Shown here: positions 20,154 through 30,482 of the stretch, one piece after another
How the letters are laid out: each line of letters opens with the position of its first letter
How positions within the stretch are numbered: position 1 is the first letter of the stretch
Translations under genes and position numbers: made by a program
Notes under the pieces: generated by a model
The model's input: the letters and a program-made list of their open reading frames with translations, nothing else
The model's database searches: none
Told to the model about the DNA's origin: nothing
NCBI GenBank assembly: GCA_011364965.1
Contig: RDOB01000002.1
Location: 1-64,000 of the forward strand
Length of the DNA: 64,000 nt
Direction of reading: 5' to 3'
Origin: Candidatus Heimdallarchaeota archaeon
GTDB taxonomy: Archaea > Asgardarchaeota > Heimdallarchaeia > Hodarchaeales > Hodarchaeaceae

Positions 20154-21010
20154 TTTTGTAAAACCTCTTTAAGTGCCTTGCGTGTTAGGATTTCCGTCAT
20201 ATGCAAACGATATTCTCTACTCGCTCGTAGATCATTAATCGGTGATATTGCATTTTTTACCAATTTCCATATTTCTTTGAATTTTTCTTCGTTTGGGCGC
20301 TTATTTCCTGAAATATAAGCAGTTATATCTACCAAAATTGGTATGGGAGCTACTGCAGTAAATGCTAGCTTAGTTTGAGAATTATAATTTATTGCACTCA
20401 CCCCTATTAACGCTAGATCCTCGGAATTTCTTTTTAATTTTAAAAATACTGATTTTTCATTCTCAGTTGATATAGGGATATGGATTGCAGTTATAATTTC
20501 ATTAGGCATTAAGCAATTCTGTTTTACTCCTATAAAAAATTCTTGAATAGGGATTTCTCTTGATATTTTTTTAGAAGCAACGATAATTCTTGCACGATGA
20601 ATTAGTAATGGGCCTGCGGTGTCCGCTGCAGGAGAAGCAGTGCCAAGATTTCCTCCTATTGTGGCTCTAAACCTTAATATTTCGTCGCACATTTCATTGA
20701 GCGCAGTATATAAAGAATGAAAATTTTTTCTCACTTCTTTAGATTTCAAAATATCAGCAATGGGCACTGCGGCTCCGATTACAAATATATCCCCTTTTTG
20801 TTTCAATTCGTTTAACTCTGGGATGTTTTTAAGGTCAATTATAATATTTGGATTAATTGTCCTATTTCTTAAATCAACTAAAAGATCAGTACCTCCAGCA
20901 AGTAATTTAGATCGCGTATTATTGGTATCTAGTATAGACAACGCTTCTCTTAGTGTACTTGGCGTGACAATTTTAAATTCTGGTAAGGTTAGATGAGAAA
21001 TTTGATTCAT
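20150..21010 (-). CDS. Molybdenum hydroxylase FAD-binding subunit (CoxM-like)
   Basis: AGGTDL, ATIGGN, ASPAAD, DLRASREYR. Confidence 0.93.
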   Translation of the reverse strand: MNQISHLTLPEFKIVTPSTLREALSILDTNNTRSKLLAGGTDLLVDLRNRTINPNIIIDLKNIPELNELKQKGDIFVIGAAVPIADILKSKEVRKNFHSLYTALNEMCDEILRFRATIGGNLGTASPAADTAGPLLIHRARIIVASKKISREIPIQEFFIGVKQNCLMPNEIITAIHIPISTENEKSVFLKLKRNSEDLALIGVSAINYNSQTKLAFTAVAPIPILVDITAYISGNKRPNEEKFKEIWKLVKNAISPINDLRASREYRLHMTEILTRKALKEVLQK

Positions 21011-21012
21011 TT

Positions 21013-23385
21013 CTAATCCTCCTGTAAAAATTCTTCCTTCAACTTCAGCAATTCAGGGCGTTGCTTTTTGATTTCATACCATATTCGTTCTGAAGTAATT
21101 GGTGTATCATATATTTCAACATTTATCGCATTTGCTATGGCATTTCCAATAGCAGCAGGAACACCAAGCATTGTAAGCTCTCCAATCCCACGTGCTCCGA
21201 AAGGAGCATCAAGTTGAGGGTTTTCCACCAAAAAGAATTCAAATTCATCTGGGAGGTCATCAGCTCTTGTTAGCACATAATCGACGAAGTTTGGATTCAA
21301 TAGATGTCCTTTTTCATCGTACTGGAGTTTTTCATTCAATCCCAAAGATAATGCCATGATACTTCCTCCTAAAATTTGAGACTCACATAGTTGGGGATTA
21401 ATTGCTTTTCCAATGTCAAAAGCAGAAATTAGTCTTTTAATTTTGATTTCTCCTGTTAAAACATTTATTTCTACTTCTACTCCTTGTGAACCAAATGTTT
21501 CGAATATTGCTGGATTTCCAGCTCCTGTTTCTGCATCAAGCATTGTCATTTTAGCTATATATGTACCATGACCCATTATGGGTCCCCCTATCGCTTCGCC
21601 AGATGTGAACATATATCCCATTATAACATCAACTAAGTTAAGATTTTTCCAAGGTTCTCCTTTAGGATAAATGGATTCATTTTCTAAAACTAAATCATAA
21701 GGAGGAGTATGGAGAACTTGTGATGCTATTTCAAAAATTTGATGTTTTGCGTCAATACAAGCGTTCCTCACAGCATTGCCATCCATAAACAGTGATCGTG
21801 ATCCTACTGTTTGCCAAGTGTACGCGTCTCTATCTGTGTCTCTCTCTCCTTTGATATATACTTTTTCAATGGGAATGCTTAATTCTTCTGCTGCAATTTG
21901 GGCTAAGCTAGTGATCGTACCTTGTCCCATTTCTGAAGTTCCCACAGATACAAAAATTCCTCCGTCTTCATTAAATTTGACATAAGCAGAAGAAGCACTA
22001 TTTGGAGGTTGGGCTGGACCTTTCATAAAGCACGAAACGCCAATCCCACGGAATAACCATGGTTTATCACCTATTTTTCCTTTAAAGTGAGTTTTTAAGT
22101 CGTTCCACACTTTTTCTAGGCACTCGTCAACATTACCAGCGTCTTTTCTAAGTCGATGTTGGTTTGCTGTATAAGATTTCCCCGCTTTAAGAGTGTTAAT
22201 CTTTCTAAGTGCAATAGGATCCATTCCGAGATTTTTCGCGATAATATCTCGTTGCCGTTCAATAGCCCAATGCAGTTCCATATGCCCAAAACCTCTAAAA
22301 GCGGTGGCATAGGGTTTGTTTGTATATAGTGTATATGAATCAGACTTTATATTATCTATTTCGTAAGGTCCAATGGAGACATATCCCCCTGCTCGGCCAA
22401 CGTTAACTGCATAATCGGCACATGCCCCAGAGTCCCATATATATTCAATTTCCTCTGCAATGATTCGTCCATTATCCTTAACTCCAGTTTTAATTTTAGC
22501 TACCATACCAACTCTTATTGGAGCACTTCTAAAATTCTCTTCTCGTGTCAGTTGCAATTTCACTGGCCGATAATTAGAATTTTTGGATAATAAAACTGCT
22601 AAAGGTTCATAATTCAAACCTGCTTTTCCTCCAAAACCTCCTCCTAAATAAGGAGCATGTACTGTGACATTAGAGGTTGGAATTGCAAATGTAATTCCCA
22701 TGAGATAACGAACAGTGAAAGGAGACTGAGCAGAAGACCAGATCTCGATTTTTCCATCCCGTTTATAATGGCCAATTGCAACAATAGGTTCCAAGTATGC
22801 ATGAGCTACTTGAGGCATAGTAAAAGTATTTTCTATGATTTTATCAGATTCCTTAAACCCTTTTTCTATATTACCTTTTCTAAGCTTGAAATGATTTGCA
22901 ATATTAGTTCCTGGGATAGGATTAAAGGCTGGCGAGTGCTCATATTCTCCCAATTTTTCATGTACTAAAATATCATTTGATAATTTTGCTTTGACAGGGT
23001 CAATTATGGCAGGAAGAGGTTCATATTCAATTTGAATTTGCTCCAATGCTTTTTCAGCAATCTCATATGATTCAGCGGATATTGCTACAACTGGTTGTCC
23101 AGCCCAGACAACTTTATCCACTGCCAAAATATCACGATCTCCAGCGTACAATCCTATACGGACTGGCCAATCTTTTCCTGTTACAATTGCTACGACTCCA
23201 TTAATCTTTTCTGCTTTTGATATATCGATTGAGCGGATATGTGCATGTGCATAAGGGGAAGTGAGAAATTTTCCTATTAATAGGTTAGGTATGTTATCGA
23301 TATCAAAAGCATAAGTTGCTGTTCCATTAACTTTTTCAAGGGCATCTTTTCGTATTATTGATTCTCCTACATATTTTCCCATCAT
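21013..23385 (-). CDS. Xanthine dehydrogenase family molybdopterin-binding large subunit
   Basis: GGGFGGK, AFRGFG, MGQG, TVGSRS, ARGIGE. Confidence 0.93.
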   Translation of the reverse strand: MMGKYVGESIIRKDALEKVNGTATYAFDIDNIPNLLIGKFLTSPYAHAHIRSIDISKAEKINGVVAIVTGKDWPVRIGLYAGDRDILAVDKVVWAGQPVVAISAESYEIAEKALEQIQIEYEPLPAIIDPVKAKLSNDILVHEKLGEYEHSPAFNPIPGTNIANHFKLRKGNIEKGFKESDKIIENTFTMPQVAHAYLEPIVAIGHYKRDGKIEIWSSAQSPFTVRYLMGITFAIPTSNVTVHAPYLGGGFGGKAGLNYEPLAVLLSKNSNYRPVKLQLTREENFRSAPIRVGMVAKIKTGVKDNGRIIAEEIEYIWDSGACADYAVNVGRAGGYVSIGPYEIDNIKSDSYTLYTNKPYATAFRGFGHMELHWAIERQRDIIAKNLGMDPIALRKINTLKAGKSYTANQHRLRKDAGNVDECLEKVWNDLKTHFKGKIGDKPWLFRGIGVSCFMKGPAQPPNSASSAYVKFNEDGGIFVSVGTSEMGQGTITSLAQIAAEELSIPIEKVYIKGERDTDRDAYTWQTVGSRSLFMDGNAVRNACIDAKHQIFEIASQVLHTPPYDLVLENESIYPKGEPWKNLNLVDVIMGYMFTSGEAIGGPIMGHGTYIAKMTMLDAETGAGNPAIFETFGSQGVEVEINVLTGEIKIKRLISAFDIGKAINPQLCESQILGGSIMALSLGLNEKLQYDEKGHLLNPNFVDYVLTRADDLPDEFEFFLVENPQLDAPFGARGIGELTMLGVPAAIGNAIANAINVEIYDTPITSERIWYEIKKQRPELLKLKEEFLQED

Positions 23386-23405
23386 ACCATTCTTCCTTAT
23401 GTTAA

Positions 23406-23711
23406 CTAACCTCCACCCACTATTTCAATAAATCCAAGACAATCAATTATTACTCTGTCTGTGTCATTTAATTTAGTATTTAATCCTGCTTTCGACCTAT
23501 CAAGAGCATGTCCATTAATTAACAAAATAGTTCCGCGACTCAGTTCATCATTTGAAAGAAGAAAGTCCTTCAAGCCGGGATCTCTTTGAATTAAAATTTC
23601 AATTACTTCTCGGATAGAGGTTTGCTTATTTTTAGTCTCTATAAGTAGTTCTGAACCTAAATTTTTTCCTAATCGGCCAAATAATTGTACTCTTACTTTC
23701 GACATTGGCAC
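23406..23711 (-). CDS. MoaD/ThiS/SAMP-like ubiquitin-fold sulfur carrier
   Basis: About 100 aa, ILLING, C-terminal VGGG; heads the Mo-enzyme operon. Confidence 0.8.
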   Translation of the reverse strand: MPMSKVRVQLFGRLGKNLGSELLIETKNKQTSIREVIEILIQRDPGLKDFLLSNDELSRGTILLINGHALDRSKAGLNTKLNDTDRVIIDCLGFIEIVGGG

Positions 23712-23877
23712 TAACTGAATAGATATTCAGGCTTCAAAAAGTTTTGTGAAGAGAAAATTCAAGCAATGAAATTAAACTTGATTGTCTTATAACAGAAGAT
23801 GGTTCAAAGCTCCTTATTTTTATCATAAATTCAGTTTAAGGTAAGAAATACACCTTTCTAGCATAATTTACTACGAT

Positions 23878-24768
23878 TCAAGTAATTAATAGTATTGTTG
23901 GTAAGAATATCAAAAAAACACCAATAACAATGAAACTAGCTGCAATCACTCTCTGTCTAACTTTCTCTTGAAAGACAAGCTTTGCTAGGATTAAAACTAT
24001 AAATACATTCAAACTGCTAACAGGTTCAGCTATGGAGACATCAATTGCCGTGAATGCAATAAGCAAAGCAAGATATGAGAATGCATTCACCAGACCAGCT
24101 GATATGGAAATTTTTGGTTTCATTTGTACAATCTCTTTTGTTAGACTTAATCTTCCTTTAAAAGTAAGAATTAAAGCTAAATTAAATGTAACAAAAAAGT
24201 AGATGAAAAACGAATAAACAGTGGGAGTTGAAAAGTCAATAGCAAATCCATCAAATATACGACCTATAGCTGTAAGTAATGAAGAGATTATCATCATCTG
24301 ACAAGCTTTATCTCTGAATAGGTTTTCTAATGAGTCAATGATATTAGTAGATTCCTGTAAGAATGATAATCCAATAAAAATCAAAAGAATTCCAATCACT
24401 TTGAAAAAATCAATGCTTTCTTGAAGAAATAAGACAGAGAATATGAATAAAAATATGATATTAAAATTATATAATGGAGTAACAAGACTGACTTCTCCTT
24501 TTTGAATGGACGCCGTGTATAACCAAAATGCTGCTGAATAGAAAAGGCTAGATATGAATGCAACAACTATACTATTTGTAGAAATATAATTACCGATTGC
24601 GAAAGGAAATAAGGCCAATGTACCTATCCCAAAAAACACAATTGTACTTGCAATGGGAGTTTCTTCATCGGAGACTGAACCCATAAGTTTTAAGAAGATT
24701 CGTTCAAATCCAAGTAAGATAATTCGAATTACAAGAAATAAATATGGGATTAGAGCGATGTTTGACAT
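23878..24768 (-). CDS. EamA/DMT family transporter
   Basis: Ten TM helices in two repeats (GEVSLVTPL..FLQE; DVSIAEPV..FQEK). Confidence 0.88.
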   Translation of the reverse strand: MSNIALIPYLFLVIRIILLGFERIFLKLMGSVSDEETPIASTIVFFGIGTLALFPFAIGNYISTNSIVVAFISSLFYSAAFWLYTASIQKGEVSLVTPLYNFNIIFLFIFSVLFLQESIDFFKVIGILLIFIGLSFLQESTNIIDSLENLFRDKACQMMIISSLLTAIGRIFDGFAIDFSTPTVYSFFIYFFVTFNLALILTFKGRLSLTKEIVQMKPKISISAGLVNAFSYLALLIAFTAIDVSIAEPVSSLNVFIVLILAKLVFQEKVRQRVIAASFIVIGVFLIFLPTILLIT

Positions 24769-24867
24769 GGTTTACCTTGTTTTTGTCACTTCATTTATTC
24801 AAATATTTATCTATTTATTAAAGGAAAAAAAGAAAAAGGAAAGGAAATAGTGTTCTTTCTATGTACA

Positions 24868-25734
24868 CTATTTCCGCATTGAATCTATGAGTTTTTTCAA
24901 CCCAGAAAGATTGGCTTCCCTCATAAAAAGAGGATCTTTGTTCGTTTTATACGTAGGGAGATAATCCTCAAATGTGGGTTTCGAGTTAACGTAAAATACT
25001 CCTAAAGGAAGTTTTCCTTTCTCTGTTGCTCGTTTGAATGCCTCAACTTTATCTTTTGGGTTATGAGTTTCTTCAAGATAGTATGTATTTTCTTTGAACC
25101 ATTTCCAAGTATTTATTTTATTGAAAGAAACACAAGGTTGAAGAATATCTACAAATGAATAACCTTTATTCTCTATCGCCGTTTTAATAATCATCTTAGC
25201 GTTTTCTTGATCGCTAATCGAAACTCTTGCAACAAATGATGCATCAAGTGCAATTGCTAAGGCTACTGGATTAAAAGGTTCATTAGTAACTCCTTGGACT
25301 TGAACTGGAGTTATAAATCCAAATTGACTCGTTGGGGAAGCTTGCCCTTTGGTTAATCCGTAAACCATATTATTGTGAGCTAGATGAGTAATATCGGGAT
25401 TTCTGAGGATATTATGGAGGAAGTGGTTTCCCCCCTCTCCAAATGAGCATCCATCGCCACTCTCCACTATAACTGTCAAGCTTGGATTGACTGCCTTAAT
25501 TGCTAACGCTGCAGCAATAGCACGTCCGTGTAATCCATTAAAAATGTTGGTTCTGAGATAATGAGGAGTTTTAGCTGCCTGACCGATTCCAGATGCTATA
25601 ACTAGTTCTTCAGGTTTGATATTAAGTTCAGTAAGAGCCTGTTTTACAACTTTCAGAATACTAAAATTTCCACACCCAGGACACCAAGCAATATCTGTAT
25701 CAGCTGGCATATCAAAATTACTTACATCCAACAT
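24868..25734 (-). CDS. 2-oxoacid:ferredoxin oxidoreductase beta subunit
   Basis: WCPGCG, HGR, GDG..NN TPP motif, [11 protein letters not shown]. Confidence 0.93.
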   Translation of the reverse strand: MLDVSNFDMPADTDIAWCPGCGNFSILKVVKQALTELNIKPEELVIASGIGQAAKTPHYLRTNIFNGLHGRAIAAALAIKAVNPSLTVIVESGDGCSFGEGGNHFLHNILRNPDITHLAHNNMVYGLTKGQASPTSQFGFITPVQVQGVTNEPFNPVALAIALDASFVARVSISDQENAKMIIKTAIENKGYSFVDILQPCVSFNKINTWKWFKENTYYLEETHNPKDKVEAFKRATEKGKLPLGVFYVNSKPTFEDYLPTYKTNKDPLFMREANLSGLKKLIDSMRK

Positions 25735-25744
25735 AATTCCTCCT

Positions 25745-27472
25745 TTAATTAAGACCCTCCAAATACTTCTTCACTTCTTCTACTGAAAAAGGTAAACCAT
25801 TGAATTTGAGAAATGTTTTATCAACTGAAAAGTTGAGTTCGGTATGTAACAATTTAGCAAATTGAGCAGTTGCATTATTTTCTATACTTATGGTCATTTT
25901 AGCTTTTTGTAGATGGGAAACAACTTTTGGATTTAAGGGATAAACCTGTTTAAAGAATAGGAAGGCAATATCCTTCCTATCAATAGTTTCCAGAGCTTCC
26001 TTGATTACACTATAGTTTGAACCCCATCCTACCACTAAAATTTCGTAGTCTTTGTCACCGATTAGTTCAGGTTCGAAAGCGACCTTTCTTAACAATTTCA
26101 ACTTTTTATTGAGACGTTTCTCTACCATTTGAGGTCGAAGATAGTGTACATCCTCTGTAATATGTCCATCTTCATCATGCTCATCACTATCTGCATTAAC
26201 AAAACCATCTCCATACCCAGGAATGCCACGAGGGCTGATCCCGGTATCAGTTAGCTTATAACGTTGATAGTTGCGATCAGTTTTAATTATGTGTTTCTTA
26301 TTCTTAATATTTGATAAATCAAGATTTGGTATTGAGTAATGGGAATCTAAAAAATATTGATCAGTAAGGATAAAAACTGGAACTTGAAATTCATCAGCTA
26401 GATTGAAAGCTTGATGTGCGAGTATAAATCCATCTTCGGGAGTTCCTGGTGCAAAAACTATCCGGGCGAATTCTCCATGAGCAGCATTCACCACATGGGT
26501 AAGATCTTCTTGTCCAGTACGGGTTGGCAAACCTGTACCTGGTCCTGGACGTTGAGCAATGTGGAGAACCATAGGGGATTCGATTATCCCAGCAAGAGAG
26601 AGGCCTTCAGTCATTAATGCAAAACCTCCTCCAGAGGTTGTAATCATTGCTCTAGCGCCAGCGTACCACGCGCCTATACCTTTATTAATAGCAGCAATTT
26701 CATCTTCAGCTTGATCTATAATAATATCAAAATCTTGAGCTTTTTGAGACAAAAAAACTAATACTCCAGTGGAGGGGGACATTGGATATGATGATAGGAA
26801 ATTACAACCAGCAGCAATTGCTCCTAATCCGACAGAGTGCGTCCCACTAAGAAATATATTATTTTTAACAATTTCCTCTGTAGTAATATTAATCTTGATC
26901 TTATTAGACTGATAGAGATCGTTACCAAGCTCATATCCTTTCTCTACGGCTTTTACATTCATTTGTATAACAGATTCTCCTTTAGAGGAAAATCTCTCCA
27001 TAAGATGTCGGATAAGAATATCTTTGGGAATTACAAAGAATGCTGCTAGAACTCCAACTGCAATGATATTAGAATAGATACTACCTCCTATCTCCTTTGC
27101 GAGGTCAGTAAATGGAATCATGATGATATTCTGGGAATTTTTCACGAGATTTACATCAATATTTCTTTCCTCTCCTAGAATGGTTGTGCTTTCACCTATT
27201 CTAAATTTCAAATGATTAATAGCATCTGGACTAAGCGGGATAAGGATATCTATTTTATCCACAAAGGCATTTGATCTTTTGGAGCTGACCCGAACGAGTG
27301 TCGAATTTGTTCCCCCTCTAATTCTAGACATAAATTCACTGGTTGAATATGAATTATACCCAGCTAATCTAAGCATTGCTGTTAAAAGTTCTTCAACAGT
27401 AGCAATGCCTTGGCCAGCTGCGCCACATACAACTAGAGATACATCATCTTTATATTCAATAATTCTATTCAC
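25745..27472 (-). CDS. 2-oxoacid:ferredoxin oxidoreductase alpha subunit (gamma-alpha fusion)
   Basis: [39 protein letters not shown]. Confidence 0.93.
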   Translation of the reverse strand: MNRIIEYKDDVSLVVCGAAGQGIATVEELLTAMLRLAGYNSYSTSEFMSRIRGGTNSTLVRVSSKRSNAFVDKIDILIPLSPDAINHLKFRIGESTTILGEERNIDVNLVKNSQNIIMIPFTDLAKEIGGSIYSNIIAVGVLAAFFVIPKDILIRHLMERFSSKGESVIQMNVKAVEKGYELGNDLYQSNKIKINITTEEIVKNNIFLSGTHSVGLGAIAAGCNFLSSYPMSPSTGVLVFLSQKAQDFDIIIDQAEDEIAAINKGIGAWYAGARAMITTSGGGFALMTEGLSLAGIIESPMVLHIAQRPGPGTGLPTRTGQEDLTHVVNAAHGEFARIVFAPGTPEDGFILAHQAFNLADEFQVPVFILTDQYFLDSHYSIPNLDLSNIKNKKHIIKTDRNYQRYKLTDTGISPRGIPGYGDGFVNADSDEHDEDGHITEDVHYLRPQMVEKRLNKKLKLLRKVAFEPELIGDKDYEILVVGWGSNYSVIKEALETIDRKDIAFLFFKQVYPLNPKVVSHLQKAKMTISIENNATAQFAKLLHTELNFSVDKTFLKFNGLPFSVEEVKKYLEGLN

Positions 27473-27906
27473 GCACCTATCAGGATCTTTAATTTCTCAA
27501 AACAATAGTTCAAGGTAATTTTTATTCGTTCCCGATTTTATGATATAGCAATAGATGTTTTTTGGAGTATATTTTTATTAAATGCTGCGTTTATCGAAAC
27601 AATACTAAAGCTGAACGAAAATACCATTGATAATAGCTAATAATGCTAGCATAAGTGTCTTTATATTCCTTTTCAACTTAAATAATCTAGAAATGAGTCT
27701 CAAAATTCTCTATAATAAGCATGCAACTCTCAAATATTTGAGGATTTCACTCAAAGAAGCGAGAGTTTGTAACTGAAGCTTTATTATCTATGAACAGAAT
27801 ACAATTTTTGTTAAAAGGTCTCTAAGAAAAAGCTATTTCATGCGATGAGATGAGGAGTTTTAACCTTTCCTAAGTATTTAAATTACTCAAAGGATGAAAA
27901 TAATTA

Positions 27907-28290
27907 ATGAGTGCCCATGAAGTAATTGAGATAATCGAGCAAACCTTTACTGGTATAGATATTGCAGCTTGTATAAGCATTGTCGACTCTGATGGACTCG
28001 TAATCTATTCTACTGGGACTCAATGTGAAGAGCAGACATTATTAGAAAGTCTCAATGCCTATCTTATCATGTCGTTTGAATCTACTCTTAATCAATTAAT
28101 TGCACTGAATCAGATACTTGATTCCTTAATTATAAATACTGGAGATGCTGTTTTTTATATAGATGACCTAAGAGGTTCTTCTAGTTTATATATTATTATT
28201 CGTACTACTCCAATTCTTTTGAATAAAGTGCTACCTTTCCTAAAGAACTTTGTTCGAACCTTGGAAAAGACCCTCCAAGATTTGGGATGA
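27907..28290 (+). CDS. Roadblock/LC7-like (profilin/longin superfold) protein
   Basis: 127 aa; ISIVDSDGLVIYS resembles the roadblock beta-hairpin motif. Confidence 0.55.
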   Translation: MSAHEVIEIIEQTFTGIDIAACISIVDSDGLVIYSTGTQCEEQTLLESLNAYLIMSFESTLNQLIALNQILDSLIINTGDAVFYIDDLRGSSSLYIIIRTTPILLNKVLPFLKNFVRTLEKTLQDLG

Positions 28291-28440
28291 AAATAGCCAA
28301 ATCAAGAAATTTACAGATATTTTAGTTCTTTTTTTTTCTGTTTGGAGAATTCCTTGGAGTTTTTGGATTGTAGGTGAAACTGTTTAATATCACTAGTTAA
28401 CGTTTTGTTTCTGAATAGATTTAATCATAGGTTGATGACA

Positions 28441-29526
28441 ATGGACAAAATTCGGGTTGCAATTGCAGGATTAGGAAACTGTGCTGCTGCATTGGTTCAA
28501 GGAGTTCATTATTATCGCAATGAGAAAGATGACGCAACAGTGCCCGGACTTATGCATGTAAAATTCGGAGACTATCATGTGAAGGATTTGGAGTTTGTTG
28601 CTGCATTTGAAGTGAACAAAGATAAAATCGGGAAAAAAATAAGTGATGCGATTTGGGTTAGTCCGAATTGTACTCCTAAATTTTCTGAAGTGCCTGAAAT
28701 TGACGCGTTAGTATATCCTGGTCCGATTCTCGATGGCGTGGCTCCTCATATGCGTGAATCTTTTCATTGTTATGATGATAATGAAATAAAATCGGTAGAT
28801 ATAGCACAAATTCTGAGAGATACCAAAACGGATGTATTAGTTAACTTTCTTCCTGTTGGAAGCGAAGAAGCAACAATCAAATATGCTGAAGCATGCCTAG
28901 AGGCTGGAGTTGCCTTTGCAAATGGCATGCCTACTTTTATTGTATCTGATCCAACTAAAAAATGGCCCAAACGGTTTGAAGAGAAAGGACTTCCATGCGC
29001 TGGAGATGATATTAAATCTCAAGTTGGTGCTACAATTCTTCACCGCGTTTTGGCCAAATTGATGTTAGATAGGGGTATTGAGATTCAAAAAACGTATCAA
29101 CTAAATGTTGGAGGGAATACCGATTTTGAAAATATGAAATATGAATCTCGTTTAAAGACCAAAAGAATCAGCAAAACAGAGGCAGTTACCAGTTTATTAC
29201 CACATGATGTTCCCACACGAATTGGTCCATCCGATTATGTACCATTCTTGGAAGATCGTAAAATCTGCTATCTATTGCTAGAAGGAAATAAGTTTGGTAA
29301 TCAACCCGTGACAATTGAGGTAAAACTGAGTGTAATCGATTCGCCAAATTCAGCTGGCGTAATGATAGATGTTATAAGGGCTTTGAAAATAGCTATTGAT
29401 CGTAAAATCGCTGGTCCTTTAATTTCAATGTCTAGTTATGCCTTCAAACATCCCCCAGTCCAAATACCAGATTTCGAAGCGAGAGAGAAAGTCGAAGCTT
29501 ATATTAGGGGTGAAGTTGATCGTTAA
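28441..29526 (+). CDS. ino1: myo-Inositol-1-phosphate synthase
   Basis: GLGNCA, LPVGS, GDDIKSQVGAT, QLNVGGNTDF, DSPNSAG; start 28435 or 28441. Confidence 0.95.
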   Translation: MDKIRVAIAGLGNCAAALVQGVHYYRNEKDDATVPGLMHVKFGDYHVKDLEFVAAFEVNKDKIGKKISDAIWVSPNCTPKFSEVPEIDALVYPGPILDGVAPHMRESFHCYDDNEIKSVDIAQILRDTKTDVLVNFLPVGSEEATIKYAEACLEAGVAFANGMPTFIVSDPTKKWPKRFEEKGLPCAGDDIKSQVGATILHRVLAKLMLDRGIEIQKTYQLNVGGNTDFENMKYESRLKTKRISKTEAVTSLLPHDVPTRIGPSDYVPFLEDRKICYLLLEGNKFGNQPVTIEVKLSVIDSPNSAGVMIDVIRALKIAIDRKIAGPLISMSSYAFKHPPVQIPDFEAREKVEAYIRGEVDR

Positions 29527-29548
29527 TATCGGCTAAACTGAGGGTGAA

Positions 29549-30472
29549 TTGCGGTTGTCGTTAAAGACGATTGTACATGACTTTTATGATCTAACACGTC
29601 TGCCACTTGGGATAATGGCTGCATTAGCAGGATTAACTACTGGCATAATAGTTGTGCTTGTTGAAGAGGAAGGTCAAACGATCTTTACAGTGATTCCTCA
29701 ATATTGGCAACTCGCGTTATTTGGTCTCATAATCCCCTTCCTAATTGTGGGAGCCTCAATGGCGATTAATGATTACCATGATTTTGAAGCAGATAGGATT
29801 AATAAGAGAATGGATCGTCCACTAGTAAGGAATCCGGATTTAAATCCTAATAATGTTCTCTTTCTCTCTTTAGCGATGATTGTTTTGGGTATATTAGTAT
29901 CTTTTCTCCTATTTTTGGATAATGTCCTTGTAACATTCGGCGTGTCCGTTATTAGTTTATTAGCAATTTCTTATAGTATGTGGACAAAGGATATGGGTTT
30001 TATCGGGAATTTAACCGTAGCAACCTGCGATACTGCACCCTTTATTCTTGCTTTAATCGCAATGGGAGCTCAGGAAGAAGAGACAATATTAGTTGTATTA
30101 ATTATGGCCGCGTTAACTTTTTTTGGAGTAACTGGTCGGGAATTGATCAAAGGAATTATGGATATTGAGGGTGATAAGATTACTAACTCCCAAACATTTG
30201 CAGTCCGATATGGACCAAAACGAGCTGTTCAGCTAGCCTCATTTTTCTTCATCATTGTTATTATATTAGCACCGTTTCCTTTATTTGTCAAATTCCATAA
30301 TAATTACTTGTATCTTGTTTTTATGCTAATTACGATTGCATTGTTACTTTATACAGTCATATTACTTTATCGTGATCCTTCTATTGAAGCAGGGAAAAAG
30401 GGAAGACATTATACTCGTACTGCACTCTGGTGTGGCGCTATTGCATTTTTAGTAGGAGTTTTTTCTGTTTGA
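29549..30472 (+). CDS. UbiA prenyltransferase, probable DGGGP synthase
   Basis: NDYHDFEADRIN..RPL, GNL, RELIKGIMDIEGD. Confidence 0.85.
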   Translation: MRLSLKTIVHDFYDLTRLPLGIMAALAGLTTGIIVVLVEEEGQTIFTVIPQYWQLALFGLIIPFLIVGASMAINDYHDFEADRINKRMDRPLVRNPDLNPNNVLFLSLAMIVLGILVSFLLFLDNVLVTFGVSVISLLAISYSMWTKDMGFIGNLTVATCDTAPFILALIAMGAQEEETILVVLIMAALTFFGVTGRELIKGIMDIEGDKITNSQTFAVRYGPKRAVQLASFFFIIVIILAPFPLFVKFHNNYLYLVFMLITIALLLYTVILLYRDPSIEAGKKGRHYTRTALWCGAIAFLVGVFSV

Positions 30473-30482
30473 ATGGTAATGA

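Noticed and set aside
21013-23385. Aerobic CO dehydrogenase (CoxL)
   Set aside because: Active-site loop is AFRGFG, not the form I AYxCSFR; a generic xanthine/aldehyde oxidoreductase family member
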